Positions 1 through 10,063 of a stretch of 64,000 nucleotides of DNA are shown piece by piece (the first letter of the stretch is position 1; every line of letters begins with the position of its first letter). Source of the DNA: an uncultured bacterium (GTDB taxonomy: Bacteria > Eisenbacteria > RBG-16-71-46 > CAIMUX01 > WJJG01). The stretch covers positions 34,935 through 98,934 of the forward strand of contig CAZRWW010000010.1 of the NCBI GenBank assembly GCA_964603725.1. Reading direction: 5' to 3'. The translations under genes and the position numbers were made by a program. The notes beneath the pieces were generated by a model. That model was given only the letters and a program-made list of their open reading frames with translations. It searched no databases and had not been told where the DNA came from.

Positions 1-1041
1 CAGGAAGCGGGCGCCTTCCGGGTCGGCTTGCGCCATGGCCAGACCGCGCTCCGCCGCTTCCTCCGCCTCGGAGAGATTCACGTCTTGTCTCAGGCACCAG
101 TCGGCGAAGGACAGCATCTCCAGGTAGTTCTCGCGCCAGTTGTCGCTCAAGGTCGCCCGCCGGCAGGCGAGGGCCTGCTCGCGGTCCTTGAGCACGTATA
201 GCGCGTAGTCGACCAGCAGGCCCTGGCGGCCCCAGCTCGCGCAGGCCTCTTCGTCCTGCGCGGTCGCGATGATGACGGCATCGATGTACGACGCCGCCAG
301 GGTCGTGTCGCTGACCGGCGGATAGACGAGCGCCGCCATCGAGCGTCCCAGCTCGATCAGATTGGCGGAGGAGCGGCGCGGGGAAGCGATGACCGCGTCG
401 GCGGCCGCTGCCAGATCCGCCCGCGTGAAGGCCGAGTCGGCGCCGGGACTGAAGACGGCGCCCAGCAGGGTCTCGAAGATGTCCATCAGGTAGTCACGGC
501 CTGCGTCGGTGTTGAGCCGCTGGGCTTCTCGGTAGTACCGCACCGCTTCTGCATACGCGGATCGCGCGACATGATAGCGGGCGAGCCTCACGGCCAGATC
601 GGTGGTCGGCTGGGCCGCGAAGCGGGCGGTCTTGTCCTCGATGGTGGTGGGATCAGCCAGGGCCTCGGCCAGCGATCCGAGGAACCCGGCCTTCTCGTAC
701 CCCACCCAGCTTTCGATCGGGGCGCCTTCGGGAGTGAGCAGGGCAAAGGTCGGATAGGCCCGCACCCGGTGCTCCTGGCTCAGCAGCTTGCCTTCCTCCT
801 GCGCCAGGTCGGCGGTGAACAGGACGACCGCCGCCAACGCCCTGCGCACCTCGGAGTCCGACTTCGCCTCACGGACGAAGACGTCGCAGGCGTGTCACCC
901 GCGGGAGTAGAAGTCGATCAGCAGCGGCCGCCGCAGACTCTGAGCCCGCGCCCGCGCCTCCGCGAGCGTGGTCGGGGCCACGTCACGGGAACAGGACGAC
1001 GTTGTCGCGATGAAAAGCACGAGTGCCAATGGAGCGATCAT
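1..1041 (-). CDS. Thioredoxin-fold protein with signal peptide; 3' end is off-window. In-frame TGA at 895..897 falls at the first Cys of the redox motif (U-H-A-C), so this is a candidate selenoprotein.
   Basis: My own minus-strand translation gives MIAPLALVLFIATTSSCS..LLIDFYSRG[TGA]HACDVFVRE..RVRAYPTFALLTPEGAPIESWVGY, followed by an alpha-helical/TPR-like region that stays open to position 1. The DFYS..xxC..AYPTF pattern is typical of thioredoxin-fold/TlpA-like proteins. TGA is an ordinary stop elsewhere in the window (8112, 8804). Confidence 0.5.
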
Positions 1042-1067
1042 TGCATGGCGCACGCTCACCTCCTGCA

Positions 1068-2300
1068 CTACAGCCGCTCGAGCGGCCGAAACAGCCAGGC
1101 CCACCGGCCGGGCACCAGATCGATCGCTTGCACGGGACAGAACTCGTGGCAGCAGTAGCAGCGTATGCACGTCGCGTCGTCGACGCCACCGCCTTCTTTG
1201 CGCCGAGGATCGACGACCGCAGGGCTGGCGGCAGAGGGATCGACGACCACGGGGTCGTCGGCTGCGGGACCGACTGCGGCAGGATCGATCGCGGCGGGAT
1301 CGACCGGGCACCCCTGCGCGCAGGCGTAACAGCGGATGCAGGCCTCGGCGCGGATTCGCGGGCGGGGTTGCCACTGGCGGCGAATCCATTGCTGGGCGCG
1401 TTCGGGCAGCGGGAGGATGTTCAACAGACTGGTGATCTCGCTCACGCGCTCGAAGTCGTCCAGCCGCAAGGCGGCGAGGTCCGCCCCGCGCACCTCGATC
1501 TCCTCCAGCCGGGTGGTCCCGAAGCCGACCTCGGCCGCGGCGGTCAGGGTGGGGACATTGCGCGCATCGATGCCCACCAGGTGGCAGGCGACAACATCCA
1601 CCGCGGAAAGGTCGGCTCCCGCGATCAGCGCGCCCACTTCCCGCGGGCGGCCGCCGCTCGGCCCCGGCCCCTCCATGCCGACGATGCCGTCCATCACCGC
1701 CAGCACGGGCTGCACGATGCGGTTGATGTCCACGATCAGTCGCGCCAGCCAGATGCGAGTTTGCAGCCGGTAGTGGTAGCGGGCCTTGCGCGTGCCGGGC
1801 ACGAGACCGAACTGGTTCTTGACGGCGCCCGTGAAGGTGAGCTGGCCGTGCGTCTTCAGCTTGGGCAACGTGATCACGGCGTCGACCCCCGCGAGAGCAC
1901 TGGGCAGCTCGATGCGGCGCGCGACGCGATTCTCCGGGGCCTCGAAGACGCGAGTCTGCGTGAGGTCAACCCACTCGGCGCCGCCGTCCGCGATCGCGGC
2001 GAGCAGCCCCGCCTTGCGCGCCAACGCCAGCGGGTCGCCGACGCCCGGGTTGTCGCCCACCCATACGCGCGCGCCGGCCTCGCGGCACAGCTCGATCATG
2101 GCGCGCACGACCGCCGGGTGCGTGGTGATCGCCTTCTCGGGCGCGGCGCCCTGCAACAGGTTCGGCTTGAGCAGGACGGTCTGCCCGGCCCGCACGAAGG
2201 CGCCGATCCCGCCCAGCGGCTCCAGGCAGGCCCGCACCGCGGCGGTCACGCGTCCGCGGTCGTACGTGCGGATCTCGTGAAGCGCGACGACGGCAGCCAT
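1068..2300 (-). CDS. DUF362-domain protein with two C-terminal 4Fe-4S ferredoxin-type cluster motifs
   Basis: Complete 410-aa ORF. C-terminus carries CIRCYACAQGCP and CIRCYCCHEFCP (CxxCxxCxxxCP twice). N-terminal two-thirds matches the DUF362 family commonly fused to ferredoxin domains. Confidence 0.8.
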   Translation of the reverse strand: MAAVVALHEIRTYDRGRVTAAVRACLEPLGGIGAFVRAGQTVLLKPNLLQGAAPEKAITTHPAVVRAMIELCREAGARVWVGDNPGVGDPLALARKAGLLAAIADGGAEWVDLTQTRVFEAPENRVARRIELPSALAGVDAVITLPKLKTHGQLTFTGAVKNQFGLVPGTRKARYHYRLQTRIWLARLIVDINRIVQPVLAVMDGIVGMEGPGPSGGRPREVGALIAGADLSAVDVVACHLVGIDARNVPTLTAAAEVGFGTTRLEEIEVRGADLAALRLDDFERVSEITSLLNILPLPERAQQWIRRQWQPRPRIRAEACIRCYACAQGCPVDPAAIDPAAVGPAADDPVVVDPSAASPAVVDPRRKEGGGVDDATCIRCYCCHEFCPVQAIDLVPGRWAWLFRPLERL

Positions 2301-2320
2301 GTCAGGCGCCGGCCGTCATG

Positions 2321-3442
2321 TCACCGGGTGATCAGCAGCCGCTGCGTCTGCTGCTCGGTGCCGGTCTCCAGGCGGCAGAAGTAGACACCGGACGGGACGT
2401 CTGTACCCGTGTCGGTCCGGCCGGTCCAGGTCACGGCATGGCGGCCCGGAGCGCGGCGGCCCTCCAGCAGCGTGGCGATCCGACGGCCGGCCGAATCGTA
2501 GACCTCCAGACACACGTCGCAGCTCGCGCGCAGCTCGAAGGCGATCTCGGTCTCCGGGCGACCGGGGCTGGGCTGCGCCGGATAAAGGACCGGCGCCAGG
2601 TCGGACGCAACGCGGCTGCCCGGCTGTTCCTGAACGGCGGCCATGTTCATGAGCTCGGGAATCGAGACCTTGGCGCCTTGCCAGATCTCCAACGTGTTGT
2701 CGGCCTGGAAGACGGTGTCCTGGAAGAAGCAGATGACCTCGCACTCTCCCTCGACCCACGTGCCTTGGAGCTGGAAGGGCAGCGTGACGGAAGCGTACCC
2801 GTTTGCGGCGAGCGACACCGGCGTGCCGGTCTCCGTGGGAACCATGTCGCGCATGACGTGGTGGTGCCAATCGAGCTGATTGGGAGCCACATAGTACAGC
2901 TCCGACTCGGTGAGCACGCAATGCAGCTTGCCCGAGAGGCTGCTCGTGCCGGCGTTGTGGAGCATCACGGTCACGAAGCCCGTGCGCGTGCCCGCGTCAT
3001 AGTCGCCGCTCAGATCGAGGGTCACGTTGGACTGAACGGGCAGCCTGTTCAGCAGGTGGTTCTCCCAGCCCGAGTAGATGTATCCAGGGGTCGGGCAGCC
3101 GTCCAGCCACAACCACGGCCAGGCATAGTAGTAGCTGCCCCCGTAGTAGTAGGGCGGCGGATAGGTGTGCCAGCGGCTGTAGCCCTCGGTGGTGTAGTAG
3201 GGAGCGGCGGTGTTGGTGTAGTAGGCGATCGCCGCCACGCGCGTGTTGTACACGTCGGCCAGTCTGTCCAGCTCACGGCTGGCTTGCAGGCAGGACCCTC
3301 AGGTGGTGCTGGTGAAGTATTCCAGGACCGCCATGCGCTCGACGGCGCCGGCCGCGCCCGACCCGATCGCGATGATCAGGGCGGGGACCAGCGTCAGCCC
3401 GAACGCCATCCGCGTCAGGACCCGGCTCCGAGAATCGTGCAT
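2321..3442 (-). CDS. Secreted thioredoxin-like protein (WCGYC-type family) with a C-terminal FlgD-Ig/T9SS-like sorting domain. In-frame TGA at 3299..3301 replaces the first Cys of CxxC (T-U-G-S-C), so this is a candidate selenoprotein.
   Basis: The track ORF 2321..3253 continues upstream in frame through one TGA. The translation is MHDSRSRVLTRMAFGLTLVPALIIAIGSGAAGAVERMAVLEYFTSTT[TGA]GSCLQASRELDRLADVYNTRVAAIAYY.., a signal peptide followed by an EEFTATWCGYCP-like motif. The C-terminus VYDSAGRRIATLLEG..GVYFCRLETGTEQQTQRLLITR matches the FlgD-Ig-like sorting tail also seen at 23350..23607 and 25450..25693. The start could instead be the ATG at 3409. Confidence 0.55.
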
Positions 3443-3445
3443 GAC

Positions 3446-5413
3446 CTACCTCCATGGTTGTGGATGCCCAGGAATTGTACCATGTCGCGGTTGCGCCCGC
3501 GTATAGACGGCCCACCCGCCGCCCTCGAAGGCCGCGCTGAAGCCGCCCGCCGCCAAAACCTCCCCGAGGCGCCGCGCCAGGAGCTCGTCCGGAACGGGCG
3601 CGGGGCAGTAGGGATCCCACACGATCGCCTCGAAGCGCTCGAGCGGACGCCGAGGGGGCCAGCCACGCCAGTCCCGCTCGAAATCGACCGGCCGCAGCAG
3701 GGGGAACGGCTCGAAGCGCGCGTAGAGCGTGCGCCGCGGATCAAGGGCAGCGAGCGCGGCGCGGAGCCGGGGATCCGGCGGATCGGGGCGCGCGCTCTGC
3801 TGGAAGGCGGCCGCGAGCTCGGAGGCGTCCGCCCGGCCGCCCGCCACGGCGTCCGCCGAACCGGGCGGGCGCCAGTCGCGTCGGGCCAGCACGATCAAGG
3901 CCTCGGGCGATGCGCTGACCCGCGCATTGACGTCCGGAAAGCGGGGCGGCGTGTAGCTGGCCGCGAGGATCTCATCGCGCGTGTGCAAGCGCAGGAAGTA
4001 GGCCAGCTCCCAGTCCGAGATCACCTCGCGATGACCCTGCGCCAGCAGCTCGCGGGCCAACAGCGGGCGCAGCGAGGCCTGCGGCAGAACCCAGGCGGCC
4101 GTGGCGGAAAGAGCGGTGATCGCGCCCAGGATCGCCAGGCACACCGCGATCGGCGCGACGTGGCGCGCGGGCCAGACGCCCAGGCCGCGCGCCGCGGACA
4201 GCACGAGGAACGGGGTCAGGGGCAGCGTGTAGCGGAACCACTGGGGGTCGTTCCGGAACTCGGGCGTCACGAGCAGAACGGCCAGGCCCCCCGCGCCCAG
4301 GTACGCCGCCAGCGCCAGCCCGGGGTCGACCGCGCCGAGCCACGCCCGCCGCCGGCGCGCGGCGCGGATCCAGTCGATGACGCCCAGGGCCGAGACGACG
4401 AGATACACGAGCGTGAACAGAGCGAGCGCCACCGCGGCTTCGTTGCTCGACCACGTGCCGGTGGTGAGCGCGGCGGGGAAGGCGCGGGCGAGATCGGCCA
4501 GGAGCGCGGGGCGCAGGATCGACGCAAGCTCCGGCGCCCAGCCGGTGCCCTCCGTGCCGGGAGGACCGAGCGCCGCCGGAACCAGGCGCGGCAACCAGAG
4601 CGGAAGATAGCCGGCGAGGAAGCCCAGCGCGGCGACGCCCAGCGACAGAACGCCCGCCGGCCGCGGCCTCCAGCGCGCCGCAACCTGTCCCACGAGCAGC
4701 GCCAGGGCCGCGGGCACGAACAGCAGCGCCTGATCGTGGGTCCAGACTGCCAGCCCGAGCAGGACTCCGCCCAGGAGCGAGTCGCGGAGGCAACGCGATC
4801 CGGACTCGCGCCTCGCCGGCCAGAGCAGGAGCGTGCCCAGCAGCCCGAGCACGAGCGACTCGAGATACCCGCCGCGCGCCTTGACGCCGGCCAGGAAGAG
4901 GACCGCGGGCGGAAGCAGCCAGACCAATGCCAACCGGAGCGCAGGGCGGCGCGACGCGTCTTCCGTTGCCCGCCTCTGCCAGGCGCGCAGAACCCAGAGA
5001 CCGAGCGGCACCCAGAGCAGCGGCGACAGCCGCACGGCCGTGGCCGAGGGTCCGAACAGAGCCACCCAAGGCGCGGCGATGAGACTCTGCAGCGCACCCA
5101 TGTAACTCTGCCCGGGGAGGAAGAGCGAGAAGCGACCCGCGAGGATCTCACGGGCGTGCAGGCCTACCAGAGCCTCATCGGCGTCGAAGTTGGCGGGCCA
5201 CTGCGCGAGAAACCCGATTCGCGTGGCCACGGCCAGCAGCAGCAGCGCGGGCCAGGCGAGTCGGATCGCGAGGCGCCGCGCGCGCGAACGGCGCGGGACT
5301 TGTCCGGCCTCCTCCGGGTGCAGGCTCATGCGGGCGAGCATACCCCAGCCGGCCGGAGGCTGATAGCCCGTCCGGCGGGACCCGGCCCAGTGGCCGGGGT
5401 ATTCCCGGCGCAC
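3446..5413 (-). CDS. GT-C fold membrane glycosyltransferase (ArnT/PMT, GT39/GT83-like) with a C-terminal soluble domain
   Basis: About 12 predicted TM helices. A FDADE motif sits in the first extracytoplasmic loop, as in ArnT/PMT. The GTG start abuts the radical-SAM stop; alternative ATG starts are at 5341 and 5329. Confidence 0.6.
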   Translation of the reverse strand: MRREYPGHWAGSRRTGYQPPAGWGMLARMSLHPEEAGQVPRRSRARRLAIRLAWPALLLLAVATRIGFLAQWPANFDADEALVGLHAREILAGRFSLFLPGQSYMGALQSLIAAPWVALFGPSATAVRLSPLLWVPLGLWVLRAWQRRATEDASRRPALRLALVWLLPPAVLFLAGVKARGGYLESLVLGLLGTLLLWPARRESGSRCLRDSLLGGVLLGLAVWTHDQALLFVPAALALLVGQVAARWRPRPAGVLSLGVAALGFLAGYLPLWLPRLVPAALGPPGTEGTGWAPELASILRPALLADLARAFPAALTTGTWSSNEAAVALALFTLVYLVVSALGVIDWIRAARRRRAWLGAVDPGLALAAYLGAGGLAVLLVTPEFRNDPQWFRYTLPLTPFLVLSAARGLGVWPARHVAPIAVCLAILGAITALSATAAWVLPQASLRPLLARELLAQGHREVISDWELAYFLRLHTRDEILAASYTPPRFPDVNARVSASPEALIVLARRDWRPPGSADAVAGGRADASELAAAFQQSARPDPPDPRLRAALAALDPRRTLYARFEPFPLLRPVDFERDWRGWPPRRPLERFEAIVWDPYCPAPVPDELLARRLGEVLAAGGFSAAFEGGGWAVYTRAQPRHGTIPGHPQPWR

Positions 5414-6580
5414 TCAGACGGTGACTTCCTCGGTGTGCTCCGGCTCCAGTCGCGGCGCGCGACGACCCGGGCGGGTGCGCCTGTAGATCCGCAGATTCTG
5501 GGCGGCCTTGTTGCAGGTCGTGAAGCACTCCTTGCAGATGGGCCGGCCCGTGCGAGGCATGGCGAGCGAGTTCCGGCGGTACTGGCGGTAGCGCGACCCG
5601 TACCAGATCTCCGCGAAGCTCTGCTCGTGGATATTGCCCAGCACCTCCTCCTCGCAGTAGCAGCACGGGACCACCACGCCGTCGGGTCCGATGACGCAGA
5701 AGACCCATCCTTCGTAGCAGGGGATCTTGCGCTGCAGGGGATTGCTCTGGACTCTGCCCTGTCCGGACCGGAGAGGCAGATGCGTCGTGAACTCGGCGAA
5801 GTTGTGGATGATGCCCGCCCGATCGAGACGGCTTTGCCACTGCGGCACGCCGGCGAGCAGGCGGGCCATGTCCTCGGGCGTCAGGCGCAGATGGGCCGTC
5901 TCGGGCAGCTCGCCCATGACGTTCCAGACGATCTCGTCGACGCCGAGGTCCAGGCAGGTCTGGGCCATGCCGTCGAAGTCGTCCAGATTGTCGCGGCAGA
6001 CGACGTGACTCGCGCGCACCCATGGACGCTGCTGGCCCGCGGCGCGCCGCCGCTCGAGGACATCCTTGAGAAACGCGATGGCCTTGTCCCACAGATCGGA
6101 GCCGTTGATGAGCCGGTAGGTCTCGCGCGTGCCCGCATTGAGCGAGACCGTCAGTCGGTCCAGCTTCGTTTCCACCAGGGTGGGCGCGAAATCGGACCCG
6201 GCCAGAGTGGCATTGGTGACCATGGCGCACGCCATCCCCGTCCCCTTGATCGCCCTCACGATCTCGCTCGGATTGGGGTGCGCGATCGGGTCCCCCTTGC
6301 CGGACAGCTCGACCAGATCGACCCCGGCCTGGGCGAGCTCGCGCGCCAGCCGGCGGATCGTGGGCAGATCCATGGTCTTGCGGCCGCCGGCGTAGGTGCG
6401 CCACGCGGTGACCGGGGCGGGTTGGAGCCTGCCGTGCGATTCGCAGAAGACGCAGCGGAGGTTGCAGTGGTGCGTGACCTCCAGGCTGACCACCTGCGGT
6501 CCGACCAGGGGACGGCCCAGGGCGGCGCCGAGCATCCGTCGCGCCTGGCGAGAGCGGGATGTGAACTTGAACCGATCCAT
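5414..6580 (-). CDS. Radical SAM enzyme with a C-terminal SPASM domain (peptide/protein-modifying maturase family)
   Basis: CNLRCVFC is the CxxxCxxC radical-SAM cluster motif. The C-terminal Cys-rich SPASM region reads CYEGWVFCVIGPDGVVVPCCYCEE...ICKECFTTC. Confidence 0.85.
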   Translation of the reverse strand: MDRFKFTSRSRQARRMLGAALGRPLVGPQVVSLEVTHHCNLRCVFCESHGRLQPAPVTAWRTYAGGRKTMDLPTIRRLARELAQAGVDLVELSGKGDPIAHPNPSEIVRAIKGTGMACAMVTNATLAGSDFAPTLVETKLDRLTVSLNAGTRETYRLINGSDLWDKAIAFLKDVLERRRAAGQQRPWVRASHVVCRDNLDDFDGMAQTCLDLGVDEIVWNVMGELPETAHLRLTPEDMARLLAGVPQWQSRLDRAGIIHNFAEFTTHLPLRSGQGRVQSNPLQRKIPCYEGWVFCVIGPDGVVVPCCYCEEEVLGNIHEQSFAEIWYGSRYRQYRRNSLAMPRTGRPICKECFTTCNKAAQNLRIYRRTRPGRRAPRLEPEHTEEVTV

Positions 6581-6804
6581 GCGCAGTCCCTCCGGACACG
6601 ACCTTCACGGTGAATCTGACCAAGTGTACCACGGGCCTCGGATGGAGACCCAGGCCAAGCCGGGCCGTGGGCCGCGCGCCCGCCGACGCAGCCGGCGAGC
6701 GTCCGGAACCGCACACCCGCCGTCCGCCAGCGAACGATCCGTCGGGGGCGCGACCGACGTAACATGCTCCCTCGCAATCAGTTGCGTTCTGGCCCGGCTG
6801 TTGC

Positions 6805-8108
6805 ATGCCGGTCGGGCGTAGCCCAGCTGATCTCGGAGCCTCACCGGAGGGCATCGACGTGGACCCGATGGATCGCGCCATTGCGCCGCACGAGCTCCGC
6901 CGGCGTCGCGCCCGGCGCCTCCTGACCAGCGCCGCTTGCCTCGCGCTGGCGTTGATCGCGGTGCGCGTGGCCGTCGGCCTGGCGCGGCCGACCGTGGATC
7001 GCTCGCGCCTGCGCACCGCCATCGTCGACCGCGGCCCGATCGAGGCGAGCGTCTCGGCGCGTGGCACGGTCGTCCCCGTGTACGAGCGCATCATCACCAG
7101 CCCGATCGACACCCGCGTGACGGACATCCTGAAGCTGCCCGGGTCCGCGCTGCAGGCCGGCGAGCCGATCCTCGCGCTCGATGTGACCGCCGCGCGGCTG
7201 GCGCTCGAGAAGTCGCAGGACCGGGTCGCGCTCAAGCAGAACGAGCGCGAGCGGGTCGGCGTGGAGCTCGAGCGCGCGCTCAGCGATCTGCGCGGCCGGC
7301 GCTCCGTGCAGGAACTGGAGGTCGAGACGTGCCACCGCCGCGCGGACCGCGATCGGCGTCTCGTGGAGCTGGGGGTGTGCAGCGAGGAGCAGGCCCGCGC
7401 GTCCGAGGCGGACGCGGCGCGGGCGGCCATCGAGCTCGCGCAGCTCGAGGAGAGCATCGCCAACGCGCAGCGCGCCCGCGACGTGCAGATGCGCGGCTTC
7501 GATCTCGAGGTGGGCATCCTGGGCAAGGAACGCGACGAGGCGGCTCGCCTGTTGCGGCTCGCGGTGCCGGCGGCCGATCGCCCCGGTGTGCTGACCTGGG
7601 TCGTCCCCAGCGAGGGCGCGGCCGTGCGTCAGGGGGAGGCGATCGCGCGCATTGCCGATCTGAGCGCCTTCAGCGTCGAGGCCGTCGTGGCCGACGTGCA
7701 CGCGGGCCGGCTGATGCGCGGGCAGGCGGCCGAGATTGTCGCCGGCGAGACCCGCCTGCGCGGGCAAGTCGCCAACGTCCGGCCCACGGTCGAGAACGGC
7801 ATGGTGACCTGCGAAGTGACGCTCGACGAGCCGGACCACGCCATCCTGCGGCACAACCTGCGCGTCGACGTCTATGTCATCACCGAGCGCAGGGACGACA
7901 CCCTACGGGTCAAGCGCGGCGCCTACGTCGCCCTCGACGGCGGCGATGCGGTGTTCGTCGTGCGCGGCAACGTCGCCGAACGAACGCCGGTGACCTTCGG
8001 CATCAGCAACCACGAGACGAGCGAGATCCTGGCGGGCCTGGCGCCGGGCGACGAAGTCGTCATCTCGGACATGAAGAGGTATGCGCGTGTGAAGGAGGTG
8101 AAGCTGCG

Positions 8109-8112
<4 letters not shown>
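6805..8112 (+). CDS. HlyD/MacA-family periplasmic adaptor (membrane fusion protein)
   Basis: N-terminal TM anchor, coiled-coil segment, then beta-barrel/lipoyl-like regions typical of the HlyD_3/MacA family. It is immediately followed by an ABC ATPase and FtsX permeases. The start may be the internal ATG near 6868. Confidence 0.8.
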
Positions 8113-8804
<692 letters not shown>

Positions 8805-8818
8805 TCGGGGAGGGTCGT

Positions 8819-10063
8819 ATGCTCAAGAACCACGTGAGTATCGCAGGGAAGGTCCTGGCGCGCCGTAAGTTCTTCACCTTCATCAGCCTCTTCGGCATCG
8901 GCTTCACGCTGATGGTGCTGACGATCGGAGCCGGCGTGCTCGACGTGGCGGTGACTCCGGGAGCGCCCGAGGTCAACCTCGGCCGCACCCTCTTCTTCAA
9001 TCGCGCAATCATGAAGGGCACCAAATCCGAGTGGTGGAGCTCGCCCGGCTACCGCCTGCTCGATCGTTACCTGCATGACATCCCGGGGCTAGAGCAGTTC
9101 TCGATCACATCGGACCCCGTCATCGCGGCCGCGTTCCTGGGCGACCGGAAGATCGAGATCCACACGCGCTTCACCGACGCGGCCTTCTGGGAGATCCACC
9201 GCTTCGACTTTCTCGAAGGTGAGCCCTACAGCGAGGAGGACGACCGCAACGGGAACCACGTGGCCGTCATCAGTGCCGACACGCGCAAGCGCTACTTCGG
9301 GGGGCGCCCCGCCCTCGGGCGGACGATCGAGCTCAACCAACTCAGCTTCCGTGTCGTCGGCGTGGTGGCGGACGTGGCCTACCATCGCGCCGGCGCCTTC
9401 TCTGGAGTGTGGGCTCCCCTGGGCACCTACCCCAATCGTGAGGTCATGGACAACCTGATGGGCGGCTTCAACGCCATCCTGCTGGCGCGCGGCCGGGCCG
9501 ATTTCCCGCGCATCCGCGAGGAGTTCCAGGCCCGCCTCACTCGGGTGGAGTTCTCCCAACCGGAACGCTTCGATCGCATGATCGGACGGCTGACCACGCG
9601 TTGGGACGACTACCTCTCGCCGATCAGCGACGTCGACGACAGCGGCGAGCTGCGCATCCGGCACCAGTTCCACGCGGTTCTAGGGATCGCCGCGGCGTTC
9701 ATGCTGCTGCCGTTGTTCAACCTGATCAGCATCAACATGAGTCGCATCTACGAGCGCGCCTCCGAGATCGGCGTGCGCAAAGCTTTCGGCGCCTCTGCGC
9801 TCGATCTGGTCGGGCAATTCGTGGTGGAGAACATTGTGCTCTGCCTCATCGGCGGCATGCTGGCCCTGGTGGGCGTCTTTGCCGTGCTGGCCGTCGTCAA
9901 TGCCAGCGGGGTCATCCCGCAGGCCGGCTTCCGCTTCAACTACCGCGTCTTCATCTACGCCATGCTGCTGGCGAGCGCCTTCGGCGTCCTGTCGGGGGCC
10001 TATCCTGCCTGGCGGATGTCCCGCATCCATCCGGTCGCGGCCCTGAGGGGAGGACTCCGATGA
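8819..10063 (+). CDS. ABC transporter permease, FtsX/MacB-type
   Basis: N-terminal TM helix, large periplasmic domain, then three C-terminal TM helices. The architecture is the FtsX fold. Confidence 0.8.
   Translation: MLKNHVSIAGKVLARRKFFTFISLFGIGFTLMVLTIGAGVLDVAVTPGAPEVNLGRTLFFNRAIMKGTKSEWWSSPGYRLLDRYLHDIPGLEQFSITSDPVIAAAFLGDRKIEIHTRFTDAAFWEIHRFDFLEGEPYSEEDDRNGNHVAVISADTRKRYFGGRPALGRTIELNQLSFRVVGVVADVAYHRAGAFSGVWAPLGTYPNREVMDNLMGGFNAILLARGRADFPRIREEFQARLTRVEFSQPERFDRMIGRLTTRWDDYLSPISDVDDSGELRIRHQFHAVLGIAAAFMLLPLFNLISINMSRIYERASEIGVRKAFGASALDLVGQFVVENIVLCLIGGMLALVGVFAVLAVVNASGVIPQAGFRFNYRVFIYAMLLASAFGVLSGAYPAWRMSRIHPVAALRGGLR

Noticed and set aside
571-2384. Several overlapping ORFs (571..1158 +, 895..1389 -, 968..1435 +, 1023..2384 +, 1336..1773 +, 1786..2280 +)
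   Set aside because: They are alternate frames or antisense of the thioredoxin-like and DUF362 genes, with Arg/Pro-rich nonsense translations. The 895..1389 ORF is the real gene's frame; it merely stops at the putative Sec codon.
3972-5151. ORFs 3972..5069 - and 4267..5151 - inside the glycosyltransferase
   Set aside because: They are alternate frames of the GT-C gene with Arg/Gly/Pro-rich low-complexity translations.
2318-6613. 1431-aa plus-strand ORF spanning four minus-strand genes
   Set aside because: The translation is low-complexity Arg/Gly/Ala/Pro-rich with no motifs. It is antisense to well-supported genes (radical SAM, GT-C). This is the typical long antisense ORF of high-GC DNA.
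5175-7526. 783-aa minus-strand ORF, plus 6936..8804 + and 6841..7854 -
   Set aside because: They are antisense or frame-shifted relative to the radical SAM, HlyD and ABC ATPase genes. The ABC gene has its own ATG at 8109 with an ATGA overlap.
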